DNA of 64,000 nt from an uncultured Flavobacteriales bacterium (lineage in GTDB: Bacteria > Bacteroidota > Bacteroidia > Flavobacteriales > BACL11): NCBI GenBank assembly GCA_905478765.1, contig CAJQJY010000012.1:66540-130539 (forward strand). Reading direction: 5' to 3'. This document shows positions 29,556 to 38,601 of the stretch, one piece after another. The notes under the pieces are model-generated. The model was not told the DNA's origin. It saw only the letters and a list, made by a program, of their open reading frames with translations, and ran no database searches. The first letter of the stretch is position 1. Each line of letters begins with the position of its first letter. The translations under genes and the position numbers were made by a program.

Positions 29556-30701
29556 ATGAAATTCGGAACTAAAACTATACATGCAGGACAGGAACCTGAC
29601 CCAACTACTGGGGCAATAATGACACCAATCTACCAAACTTCAACTTATATACAAGCTTCTCCTGGCGACCATAAAGGATATGAATATTCCCGTACTGGTA
29701 ATCCAACAAGAAGTGCTCTGGAAAAAAACTTGGCTGCATTAGAAAACGGTACGCATGGTTTATGTTTCGGAAGTGGACTTGCAGCAATTGATGCAATCAT
29801 TAAATTACTATCCCCTGGTGATGAGGTAATTTCAACTAACGACTTGTACGGAGGTACTTACCGTATCTTTACTAAAATATTTGAATTTTATGGTATTAAG
29901 TTCCATTTCATAGGGATGGATAATGCGGATACAGTTGAGTCTTATATTAATGAGAACACTAAAATGATTTGGGCAGAAACACCAACTAACCCAATGCTAA
30001 ACATTATTGATATTGAAAGCTTAGGCATTATCTCAAAAAAGCACGCCCTTATTTTTGTGGTAGACAACACCTTTGCTACTCCTTACTTACAAAGACCTTT
30101 GGATTTAGGGGCTGATATCGTTATGCACTCACTAACTAAATATATGGGTGGTCATTCTGATGTGGTAATGGGAGCGGCAATCTGTAAGGATGAGACTTTA
30201 GCGGAAAGATTATACTTTATTCAAAACTCTTGTGGTGCTGTACCAGGCCCTATGGATTCTTTCCTAGTACTAAGAGGAATAAAAACGTTACACTTGCGTA
30301 TGCAAAGACATTGCGAAAACGGAAAAGTGATTGCAAACTTCTTAAAGGATCATCCTAAAGTTGGGGAGGTATACTGGCCAGGATTTGAATCGCACCCAAA
30401 TCATGAAATTGCTAAAAAACAAATGGATGAATTTGGAGGAATGGTATCATTTAATATAATAGGTAATAAATTAGCAGATGCAATTAAGGTTGTTTCCTCA
30501 ACTCATTATTTTACTTTAGCTGAAAGTTTAGGAGGGGTAGAATCCTTATGCGGACATCCTGCAAGTATGACACATGCTGCAATTCCGAAAGAAGAAAGAG
30601 AAAAAACAGGTGTGGTGGATTCTTTAATCCGTTTATCAGTAGGTATTGAAGATATTGAGGACTTAGTTGCTGACTTGGAACAAGCCCTAGCAAAAATATA
30701 A
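29556..30701 (+). CDS. PLP-dependent cystathionine gamma-lyase/gamma-synthase
   Basis: YSRTGNPTR, GSGLAA, ETPTNP, DNTF, HSLTKYMGGHSD (PLP Lys), AESLGGVESL. Promoter TACTTTTG at 29517-29524. Confidence 0.95.
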   Translation: MKFGTKTIHAGQEPDPTTGAIMTPIYQTSTYIQASPGDHKGYEYSRTGNPTRSALEKNLAALENGTHGLCFGSGLAAIDAIIKLLSPGDEVISTNDLYGGTYRIFTKIFEFYGIKFHFIGMDNADTVESYINENTKMIWAETPTNPMLNIIDIESLGIISKKHALIFVVDNTFATPYLQRPLDLGADIVMHSLTKYMGGHSDVVMGAAICKDETLAERLYFIQNSCGAVPGPMDSFLVLRGIKTLHLRMQRHCENGKVIANFLKDHPKVGEVYWPGFESHPNHEIAKKQMDEFGGMVSFNIIGNKLADAIKVVSSTHYFTLAESLGGVESLCGHPASMTHAAIPKEEREKTGVVDSLIRLSVGIEDIEDLVADLEQALAKI

Positions 30702-31412
30702 GTGCAAAAAGTTGCAATCATAACAGGTACAGGTGGTGGTATAGGTAAGGCTACAGCTGAATTACTATTAAAGGAGGATTATCTTGTATATGGATATTCC
30801 CGTACCAATAAAATTCAGCATCCTAACTTTACCTTTACCAAAATTGACCTGAGTAATTTGGATGCTGTTAAGCAATTACAATTTCCAAAGGAGAGCAGCC
30901 AGCAAGATATTTTACTTATAAATAATGCGGCAACTATCGGTAGCATTATCCCTTTTGATAGAAAAGAAACAAACGATATCATTCATGAGTATTACCTTAA
31001 CTTAGTTGCACCTACAATACTATGTAAGAAATTCATTACTACTTATTCTGAGGATAAGAAGCTATTGATAAATATTGGTTCAGGGGCAGGTAATAGCCCG
31101 ATTCATTCTTGGAGTACATATTGCACCACTAAGGCTGCAATAGATATGCTTACAGGGGTAATTGCTGAAGAAAATCATAAAAATCTAACCGTTTTCTCTG
31201 TGCATCCAGGAGTAGTAGATACCAATATGCAGTCAGAAATAAGGAATTCTAATCCCAAAAACTTCCCTCTTTTAAGCAAATTTACAGACTATTACGTCCA
31301 AGATAAGCTAGAAAGCACCAAAATAGTAGCCCAAAAGTTATTCCATATTATCCAAAATAGCAAAAAATTCAAGCATAATATACTATTAATTAGAGATGTT
31401 AGTTTAAATTAG
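30702..31412 (+). CDS. Short-chain dehydrogenase, sepiapterin/benzil reductase-like
   Basis: TGTGGGIG, NNAA, YCTTK (YxxxK), HPGVVDTNMQ.EIR. Confidence 0.88.
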   Translation: MQKVAIITGTGGGIGKATAELLLKEDYLVYGYSRTNKIQHPNFTFTKIDLSNLDAVKQLQFPKESSQQDILLINNAATIGSIIPFDRKETNDIIHEYYLNLVAPTILCKKFITTYSEDKKLLINIGSGAGNSPIHSWSTYCTTKAAIDMLTGVIAEENHKNLTVFSVHPGVVDTNMQSEIRNSNPKNFPLLSKFTDYYVQDKLESTKIVAQKLFHIIQNSKKFKHNILLIRDVSLN

Positions 31413-31667
31413 TCATTTTAGCATCAATATTAGTCAAATTTCATCAATTATCACTGAATATCAACTACTTACAGGATTAATCAATTCTTAACATTTTTGT
31501 GTTTATAAATGTGTTATTTGTACATTGTTGATTATCAGTTTATTAAACATAACTTGCTGATAAATAAGGTTTTAAATACATAATATTTAAACAAAATAAA
31601 TATATTTAGAGAAATCATTAAAATAAAGATTTAATTGCAAATTTTGATTTTGAAGCAATTTTAATTC

Positions 31668-31675
31668 TAAGTTTG
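31668..31675 (+). promoter_or_regulatory. -7 element (TAAGTTTG) with upstream TTTG copies, driving microprotein A
   Basis: Exact TAnnTTTG; TTTG tracts at about 31643-31652; 30 nt to the ATG. Confidence 0.65.
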
Positions 31676-31705
31676 GCATCAGTATTAACCAAATTATTTT
31701 ATATT

Positions 31706-31933
31706 ATGGATGCAGTATTTAAGTACATGAACGGGTTCTTTAAAGGACTAATGGGATTAATTATGACCGTATTAGGTCTTGCAATTACAGTAACTTTCCT
31801 TTTTGGAGCAGATGGCTTCATGGGATTGGATGTTATTGGCAACATTGTAGGTGTTATTAATGGATTAGCTGCTGAAGGATTTGTAGGATTGATCGGTATC
31901 TTGATCGTTTGGAGCTTAATCTCAGGTAAATAA
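31706..31933 (+). CDS. Small two-helix membrane protein A (75 aa), unknown function
   Basis: ATG at 31706 after an A/T-rich leader; amphipathic helix-TM-GxDxxGNI-helix-TM; promoter and terminator flank it. Confidence 0.85.
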   Translation: MDAVFKYMNGFFKGLMGLIMTVLGLAITVTFLFGADGFMGLDVIGNIVGVINGLAAEGFVGLIGILIVWSLISGK

Positions 31934-31950
31934 TATACCTTTGATAAACT

Positions 31951-31987
31951 AATAAAAATAGCCCTACATTAGTGGGGCTATTTTATT
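31951..31987 (+). terminator. Intrinsic terminator between microproteins A and B
   Basis: AATAAAAATAGCCCTAC-atta-GTGGGGCTATTTTATT hairpin with T tract. Confidence 0.8.
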
Positions 31988-32003
31988 AAACTCAAAAATC
32001 ATT

Positions 32004-32213
32004 ATGACTGAATTTTTTAAATCACTACAAGAAAAAATAATTGGAGCTATATCTTTAGCATTGTCCATTCTGTGTATTGGTGTGATAGTTCAATTATTAT
32101 TAGGCGAGAGCTTAGTAGGATGGGATCCTGTTGGCAACATTCAAGAAGCAGGTCCGTCTTTTATTGGGGTGATTGCAATAGTGGCTTTATACTTACTTTT
32201 TAAAAAGAAGTAG
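32004..32213 (+). CDS. Small two-helix membrane protein B (69 aa), paralog of A
   Basis: Aligns with A: LLG..xxGWDPVGNI...FIGVI vs LFG...GLDVIGNI...FVGLI; basic C-terminus. Confidence 0.8.
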   Translation: MTEFFKSLQEKIIGAISLALSILCIGVIVQLLLGESLVGWDPVGNIQEAGPSFIGVIAIVALYLLFKKK

Positions 32214-32215
32214 AT

Positions 32216-34978
32216 TTAGTGAGCTTCTAACCAATTTAATCCTTCTCCAATATCAACAATTAAAGGAACTTGCAAACTAACTGCTTGTACCATCTTCTCT
32301 TTTACAAGGGTTTTTAATTCTGAAGATTCAGAATTATGCATGTCAAACACCAGTTCATCATGTACTTGCAACAACATTTTTGATTTCATCTCTCTTTCCT
32401 CCATTGCTTGCTGAATATTAATCATTGCAATTTTTATAATATCAGCAGCTGAACCTTGAATAGGCGCATTTATAGCATTTCTTTCAGCCATAGCTCTTAT
32501 CATTCCATTCCTAGCATTTATATCTTTCAGGTACCTTCTTCTTCCCATAATAGTCTCTACATATTCTTTCTCGCGAGCCTGCTCTATTGACCAATCCATA
32601 TATTCTTTTACTTTTGGAAATTGCTCAAAATAATTATCAATTATCTCCTTTGCTTCAGTACGGCTAACACCAATATTCTGCGAAAGACCAAAAGCGGAGA
32701 TACCATAAATAATTCCAAAATTTACAGATTTAGCTTGCGAACGCATGTTTCTATCCACATCCTTAACATCAACTTTAAAAACTTTTGCAGCAGTAGCAGA
32801 ATGAATATCAACACCATTATTAAATGCAGTAAGCATACCTTCATCTTTACTTAATGATGCCATAATCCTCAATTCAATTTGAGAATAATCAGCAGCCATT
32901 AAAGTGTAATTTTTATCTTTAGGGATAAATGCCTCACGGACTTTCATCCCTCTTTTTGTTCTAATAGGAATGTTTTGTATGTTTGGATTTACTGATGATA
33001 ATCTTCCAGTTGAAGCTACAGACTGATTAAAAGTAGTATAAATTCTTTTGGTTTCAGTATTAACCAATTCTGGCAATGCATCAACATAAGTTGAAAGGAG
33101 TTTTTTAACGCCTCTAAAAGTCAGAATTTCGTCAATAATTGGGTGAGTATCTTTTAATTTTAGCAAAGTTTCTTCTGAAGTAGAGTATTGTCCTGATTTT
33201 GTTTTTTTAGGTTTTTTACTGAGAACCATTTTTGCAAAAAGAATTTCTCCCATTTGTTTTGGAGAAGAGATATTAAACTCTTCATCAGCTAACTGATGAA
33301 TTTTATTCTCAAGCAATTGAAGTTCAGATGTTAATTGTGTGCTATAATTATGTAGCATTTCAACATCTAAAGCTATTCCTTCTAATTCCATTTTAGCAAG
33401 AACTTTAGTTAAAGGAATTTCAATTTTTTCAAACAAATCAAAAACCTCAACTTCCTTCATTTCTTTTTCAAAAATAGGAGCAAGCTTAAATATTACTGAT
33501 GATTTTTCACTTGCAAAATCACATATATTATCGCTATTAATTTCAGAAAGTAAGCTTTTTGTTTTCCCTTTTCCTGTAATAGATTGTTCTTCAACCATTA
33601 TTAAATTTAAATAATTATCTGCAATAATATCTAAGGAATGTCGCATATCAGGATGCAATAAATAATGAGCAATTTGCACATCAAAAAACGCCCCCTTTAA
33701 ATTTATATTATGATTATTTAAAACCTTAATTGCAAATTTTAAATCATACCCGATTTTAATGATTTCCTCATTTTCAAAAATTGATTTTATGTGCTTAATA
33801 TTTTGGTCTAAAAACGGAATATAGTACCCATTATTATCATTATAACTGCATGAAACTCCTACTAACTTTGAAGTTAAAGAATCATTTGTATCTGTAATAA
33901 TACTGAAAGAAAACTTTTTATTATTTTCAATTTCAGCAACAATATTCTTGAAAGTATCCTTAGTAGCTAATTTAAAGTTACTTTTTGGAGTTACTTTTTT
34001 CTGCCGCTCAACTGGTTCTGCAAATAAATCAAATTGAGATGTTGGAGTTAATTCTTTCTTTTCAATAATAATTTCTTTCTTAGGTACTGAAGTAGAGGGA
34101 TTTGAGGCAAGCACCCTTTGTAAAAGTGTTTTAAATTCTAACTCATCAAAAAGTTCTCTTATCTTTTCTTCATTTCTAGAAGAAATAATCAAGGATTTTT
34201 CATCTAATTCAATTGGGACATCTGTAATTATGGTAGCTAACTTTTTACAAAGCAATCCAATTTCTTTTGCTGATTCAACTTTCTCTTTCATCTTCCCTTT
34301 CAAGTCAGCAGTATTCTCAAAAAGACCTTCCATTGAACCGTACTCTTTAATAAACTTTTGTGCTGTCTTTTTCCCAACCCCAGGTATTCCAGGGATATTA
34401 TCAGATGCGTCTCCCATCATCCCTAAGTAGTCAATTACCTGATCAACTCTTTGAATGTCAAATTTTTCAAGCACCTCAGGGATACCCCAAATTGCAGTAG
34501 GTTGCCATTTATTTCCTGGCCTATACATAAATATATTTTCTGACACTAGTTGAGCAAAGTCCTTATCGGAAGTCATCATATAAGTTTGAAATCCTTCCTT
34601 TTCAGCTTTTTTTGCCAAAGTTCCAATCACATCATCAGCCTCAAACCCATCTTTATACAGTTTAGGAATATTAAATGCCTCCAACAACTTGTCAATGTAG
34701 GGCAAAGCATCACGCAATCCTTCAGGCATTGTTTCTCTATGAGCTTTATATTCTGGATACTCTATGTGCCTAAGTGTAGGTGTTGGCCTATCAAAAACAA
34801 CTGCAATATGAGTTGGTTTTTCCTTTCTTATCACTTCATTTAAAGTATTCACAAAACCAAAAACTGCTGAGGTATCTAATCCCTTAGAGTTAATTCTAGG
34901 GTTTTTTGCAAAAGCAAAATATGCTCTGTAAATAAGCGCAAAAGCATCTAATAAAAATAATTTCTTTTCTTCTTTCAT
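32216..34978 (-). CDS. polA: DNA polymerase I (3'-5' exonuclease motifs degenerate)
   Basis: LLDAFALIYRAYFA, EADDVIGT, GMMGDASDNIPG, ADYSQIELR, RSQAKSVNFGIIYG, QVHDEL. Confidence 0.99.
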   Translation of the reverse strand: MKEEKKLFLLDAFALIYRAYFAFAKNPRINSKGLDTSAVFGFVNTLNEVIRKEKPTHIAVVFDRPTPTLRHIEYPEYKAHRETMPEGLRDALPYIDKLLEAFNIPKLYKDGFEADDVIGTLAKKAEKEGFQTYMMTSDKDFAQLVSENIFMYRPGNKWQPTAIWGIPEVLEKFDIQRVDQVIDYLGMMGDASDNIPGIPGVGKKTAQKFIKEYGSMEGLFENTADLKGKMKEKVESAKEIGLLCKKLATIITDVPIELDEKSLIISSRNEEKIRELFDELEFKTLLQRVLASNPSTSVPKKEIIIEKKELTPTSQFDLFAEPVERQKKVTPKSNFKLATKDTFKNIVAEIENNKKFSFSIITDTNDSLTSKLVGVSCSYNDNNGYYIPFLDQNIKHIKSIFENEEIIKIGYDLKFAIKVLNNHNINLKGAFFDVQIAHYLLHPDMRHSLDIIADNYLNLIMVEEQSITGKGKTKSLLSEINSDNICDFASEKSSVIFKLAPIFEKEMKEVEVFDLFEKIEIPLTKVLAKMELEGIALDVEMLHNYSTQLTSELQLLENKIHQLADEEFNISSPKQMGEILFAKMVLSKKPKKTKSGQYSTSEETLLKLKDTHPIIDEILTFRGVKKLLSTYVDALPELVNTETKRIYTTFNQSVASTGRLSSVNPNIQNIPIRTKRGMKVREAFIPKDKNYTLMAADYSQIELRIMASLSKDEGMLTAFNNGVDIHSATAAKVFKVDVKDVDRNMRSQAKSVNFGIIYGISAFGLSQNIGVSRTEAKEIIDNYFEQFPKVKEYMDWSIEQAREKEYVETIMGRRRYLKDINARNGMIRAMAERNAINAPIQGSAADIIKIAMINIQQAMEEREMKSKMLLQVHDELVFDMHNSESSELKTLVKEKMVQAVSLQVPLIVDIGEGLNWLEAH

Positions 34979-35039
34979 CTGTTGTAAAAATACAATTTAT
35001 AAGCATTAATTGTTTACTTTTACTCTTCAAAATTTTCAG

Positions 35040-35702
35040 ATGAATAAATCAGATAAAAAAGAAATTTATAGTAGTTTATTTGTGCCATTTTTATTTTTAC
35101 TTACAATGTGGTTGGTTAAAATCATTGAGGTAAATTTTAACTTTTCATTTGTAAAATTCGGAGTTTCTCCTCAAACTTTTAGCGGCCTTAAGGGAATCCT
35201 TTTTTCACCATTTATTCACAAAGATTTTACTCACTTGTTAAACAATAGTTATCCTGTACTTATATTAGGAGGAATGCTTTTTTCATTCTATAGAAAGATT
35301 GCAACAAGAATATTTTTATGGCTATTTTTTATTTCAGGGTTTTGGCTTTGGATAATTGGAAGGCCATCATTCCACATTGGTGCAAGTGGCATAATTTATG
35401 CGCTTGCATCCTTTATTTTAGTAAGCGGGATAATTCGTAAAAATCCAAGATTATCTGCAGTATCATTAGTAGTTATCTTTTTATATGGCTCAATGATTTG
35501 GGGGATACTCCCAACAGATGAAGCTGTATCATGGGAAGGACATTTAGCAGGTTTTGTTGCTGGAATTATTGTTGCACTATTCTACAAAAATGAAGGGCCA
35601 AAACGCAAGAAATACCAATGGGAAATTGATGAAGAAATGGAAGAAAAATTTCGTGAAGAAAATGAAATTAAAATCAACTACATCTTAAAGAAAGATGATT
35701 AG
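35040..35702 (+). CDS. Rhomboid family intramembrane serine protease
   Basis: SPFIHKDFTHLLNN, HIGASG (catalytic Ser), SWEGHLAG (catalytic His). Confidence 0.93.
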   Translation: MNKSDKKEIYSSLFVPFLFLLTMWLVKIIEVNFNFSFVKFGVSPQTFSGLKGILFSPFIHKDFTHLLNNSYPVLILGGMLFSFYRKIATRIFLWLFFISGFWLWIIGRPSFHIGASGIIYALASFILVSGIIRKNPRLSAVSLVVIFLYGSMIWGILPTDEAVSWEGHLAGFVAGIIVALFYKNEGPKRKKYQWEIDEEMEEKFREENEIKINYILKKDD

Positions 35703-35707
35703 ACGAT

Positions 35708-35959
35708 TTAATCTTTTGGTGGTTTAATAACTCCTAAATTAGATGCAAACCAAGCTCTTTCATGGAAATAATAAAATAATAATTTTAATACTCTATCCAA
35801 AATGACTAGCCATCCCACTGAACTTTTATCTAATGGTTTTAAACCAAAAAATTGAGGTAAGTATGACAACACAACAAATGTAGTGGTCATAGCTAGCAAA
35901 TTCCAAGTAATTGCTTTAAAAAAATGCCTTCTTCTACTAATCGCAACTTTTTTACTCAT
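35708..35959 (-). CDS. DUF2061 family small membrane protein
   Basis: SRRRHFFKAITW.L.A..TT and LKLLFYYFHERAW. Promoter TATATTTG at 35980-35987 (-). Confidence 0.85.
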   Translation of the reverse strand: MSKKVAISRRRHFFKAITWNLLAMTTTFVVLSYLPQFFGLKPLDKSSVGWLVILDRVLKLLFYYFHERAWFASNLGVIKPPKD

Positions 35960-36049
35960 TTTTTTTATTTTTTGGATGACAAATATACTAAAATATCTAG
36001 TCTAAAATACAAGTGTCTATTCAAGTGAAAAAATGTATTTTCGCAACTC

Positions 36050-37840
36050 ATGAAAAAAATCAGAAACTTTTGCATTATTGCACATATTGACCATGGTAAA
36101 TCAACTTTGGCTGATAGATTATTAGAATTCACAGGGGCGGTTACTGAGAGAGAAGCTGAGTCTCAACTTTTAGATAATATGGACCTTGAAAAAGAAAGAG
36201 GAATCACCATTAAAAGTCATGCAATACAGATGGAATATACGCATAAAGGTGAAGAGTATATCCTTAATTTAATTGACACTCCTGGGCATGTTGATTTTTC
36301 TTATGAAGTATCAAGATCAATTGCAGCTTGTGAAGGTGCGCTTTTAATTGTTGATGCTGCACAAGGGATTCAGGCACAAACAATTTCAAATTTATATTTG
36401 GCTTTAGAACATGATTTAGAAATTATTCCTGTACTCAATAAAATTGATTTACCTTCTGCAGAGCCTGAGGTGGTAAAAGATCAAATTATTGATTTAATTG
36501 ACTGTGCAAATGAAGATATTATTCCTGCAAGTGCAAAAACAGGTATTGGAATTGAAAATATTTTAACTGCAATTGTAGAGCGGGTCCCTCATCCAGAAGG
36601 TAATATTGACGCCCCTTTGCAAGCTATGATATTTGATTCAGTTTACAATACATTTAGAGGTATAGAAGCCTATTTTAAAATTATAAATGGGGAAATAAAA
36701 AAGGGGCAAGAGGTAAAGTTCATGGCTACAGATATGAAGTACCATGCTGATGAAATTGGTGCTTTACGCTTAAAACAATTTCCAAAAAAATCATTAAAAG
36801 CTGGTGAGGTTGGTTACATCATATCAGGAATAAAAGACGCAAGAGAAGTAAAAGTAGGTGATACTATTACTACAGCTGAAAATCCAGCAACTGACGCAGT
36901 AAAAGGATTTGAGGAAGTAAAACCAATGGTTTTTGCAGGAATTTATCCCGTTGATACGGAAGATTTTGAAGAGCTTAGAAACTCCATGGAAAAACTGCAA
37001 TTAAATGATGCCTCTTTAACATATGCTCCAGAATCATCTGCAGCACTTGGTTTTGGGTTTAGATGTGGGTTTTTAGGAATGTTGCACATGGAAATCGTGC
37101 AGGAAAGATTAGAACGAGAGTTTAATATGACTGTAATTACAACAGTTCCAAACGTATCTTATTTTGCTTACACAAGAGCAGGCAAAAAATTAGAGATTCA
37201 TAATCCTACGGATTACCCCGACCCAAGTATTTTGGAAAGTGTAGAAGAACCATATATCCGTGCACAAATTATTACAAAAGCTGATTTTATTGGTTCTGTG
37301 ATGACACTGTGTATTGCTAAAAGAGGAGAGTTAACCAATCAAGTTTATTTAACTACTGATAGAGTTGAACTTACTTTTGAAATGCCACTTGGTGAAATTG
37401 TATTTGATTTCTATGATAAACTAAAATCTGTCTCTAAAGGTTATGCGTCTTTTGATTATTATCCTATTGGGTACAGAACATCAGTTTTAGCTAAACTTGA
37501 TATTTTGTTAAATGGAGATCCTGTTGATGCATTGTCAGCATTAGTACACAAAACAAATTCTTATGCTTTAGGGAAAAAATTATGCGCTAAATTAAAAGAA
37601 TTAATTCCAAGGCAGCAGTTTGATATTGCTATACAATCAGCAATTGGAGCTAAGATTATTTCTAGAGAAACTGTAAAAGCATTGAGGAAAGATGTAACTG
37701 CAAAATGTTATGGAGGGGATATTTCAAGAAAAAGAAAGCTATTAGAAAAACAGAAAAAAGGGAAGAAAAGAATGAGACAGGTTGGTAATGTTGAAATTCC
37801 ACAAAATGCATTTATGGCTGTATTAAAACTAGATGATTAA
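36050..37840 (+). CDS. lepA: Elongation factor 4
   Basis: [56 protein letters not shown]. Confidence 0.99.
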   Translation: MKKIRNFCIIAHIDHGKSTLADRLLEFTGAVTEREAESQLLDNMDLEKERGITIKSHAIQMEYTHKGEEYILNLIDTPGHVDFSYEVSRSIAACEGALLIVDAAQGIQAQTISNLYLALEHDLEIIPVLNKIDLPSAEPEVVKDQIIDLIDCANEDIIPASAKTGIGIENILTAIVERVPHPEGNIDAPLQAMIFDSVYNTFRGIEAYFKIINGEIKKGQEVKFMATDMKYHADEIGALRLKQFPKKSLKAGEVGYIISGIKDAREVKVGDTITTAENPATDAVKGFEEVKPMVFAGIYPVDTEDFEELRNSMEKLQLNDASLTYAPESSAALGFGFRCGFLGMLHMEIVQERLEREFNMTVITTVPNVSYFAYTRAGKKLEIHNPTDYPDPSILESVEEPYIRAQIITKADFIGSVMTLCIAKRGELTNQVYLTTDRVELTFEMPLGEIVFDFYDKLKSVSKGYASFDYYPIGYRTSVLAKLDILLNGDPVDALSALVHKTNSYALGKKLCAKLKELIPRQQFDIAIQSAIGAKIISRETVKALRKDVTAKCYGGDISRKRKLLEKQKKGKKRMRQVGNVEIPQNAFMAVLKLDD

Positions 37841-37850
37841 AAACTAAAAT

Positions 37851-38597
37851 ATGGGAAGAGCATTTGAATTCAGAAAGGCCAGAAAGATGAAAAGGTGGTC
37901 GAAAATGGCTAAAACTTTCACAAGAATTGGAAAAGATATTGTAATGTCTGTAAAAGAAGGAGGTCCTGATCCTGATACAAATTCTAGATTAAGGCAAGTA
38001 ATGCAAAATGCAAAGGCAGCAAACATGCCCAAGGATAATGTAATGCGTGCTATCAAAAAAGCTAGTGATAAGGATACTGCAAACTATGAAGAAATGAGTT
38101 TAGAAGGTTATGCAATTCATGGGATTGCAGTTTTTGTAGATTGTGCATCTAACAATAACAATCGTACTGTTGCTGATGTTCGTTCGTATTTCAGCAAATG
38201 TGATGGCGCAATGGGGACAAATGGCTCCTTAGAGTTTATCTTTGACAGGAAAGGGGTTTTTACAATTGATCCTGAGAATATCACTATAGATGTTGAAGAG
38301 TTAGAAATGGAACTAATTGATGGTGGATTAGAAGAATTGGAGGTAGATGAAGAGGCCGTTACAGTATATTGTGATTTCACTGACTTTAATAATATGCAAG
38401 TCAAATTAGAAGAACTTGGGATTGAAATTAAGAATTCTGAATTGCAAAGAATCCCAAATAATTTTAAAACAATTACTATTGAACAGGCAGAAAAAGTATT
38501 AAAGCTTTTAGATTTACTAGAAGAAAATGATGATGTCCAACAAGTATTTCATAATATGGAATTGACTGAGGAAATCTTAAACACAATGGATAGTTAA
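37851..38597 (+). CDS. yebC: YebC/PmpR family protein
   Basis: MGRAFE.RK, GPDP..NSRLR, NMPKDNV.RAI, DDVQQVFHN. Confidence 0.96.
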   Translation: MGRAFEFRKARKMKRWSKMAKTFTRIGKDIVMSVKEGGPDPDTNSRLRQVMQNAKAANMPKDNVMRAIKKASDKDTANYEEMSLEGYAIHGIAVFVDCASNNNNRTVADVRSYFSKCDGAMGTNGSLEFIFDRKGVFTIDPENITIDVEELEMELIDGGLEELEVDEEAVTVYCDFTDFNNMQVKLEELGIEIKNSELQRIPNNFKTITIEQAEKVLKLLDLLEENDDVQQVFHNMELTEEILNTMDS

Positions 38598-38601
38598 AAA
38601 T

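Noticed and set aside
31541-31570. XerD-arm-like ATTAAACATAA suggesting a dif site
   Set aside because: No matching XerC arm at the 6-bp spacing.
31706-32213. Holin/antiholin or type I toxin-antitoxin reading of the microprotein pair
   Set aside because: No endolysin or phage genes nearby, no antisense promoter seen, and gene A codon usage suggests high expression, unlike a toxin.
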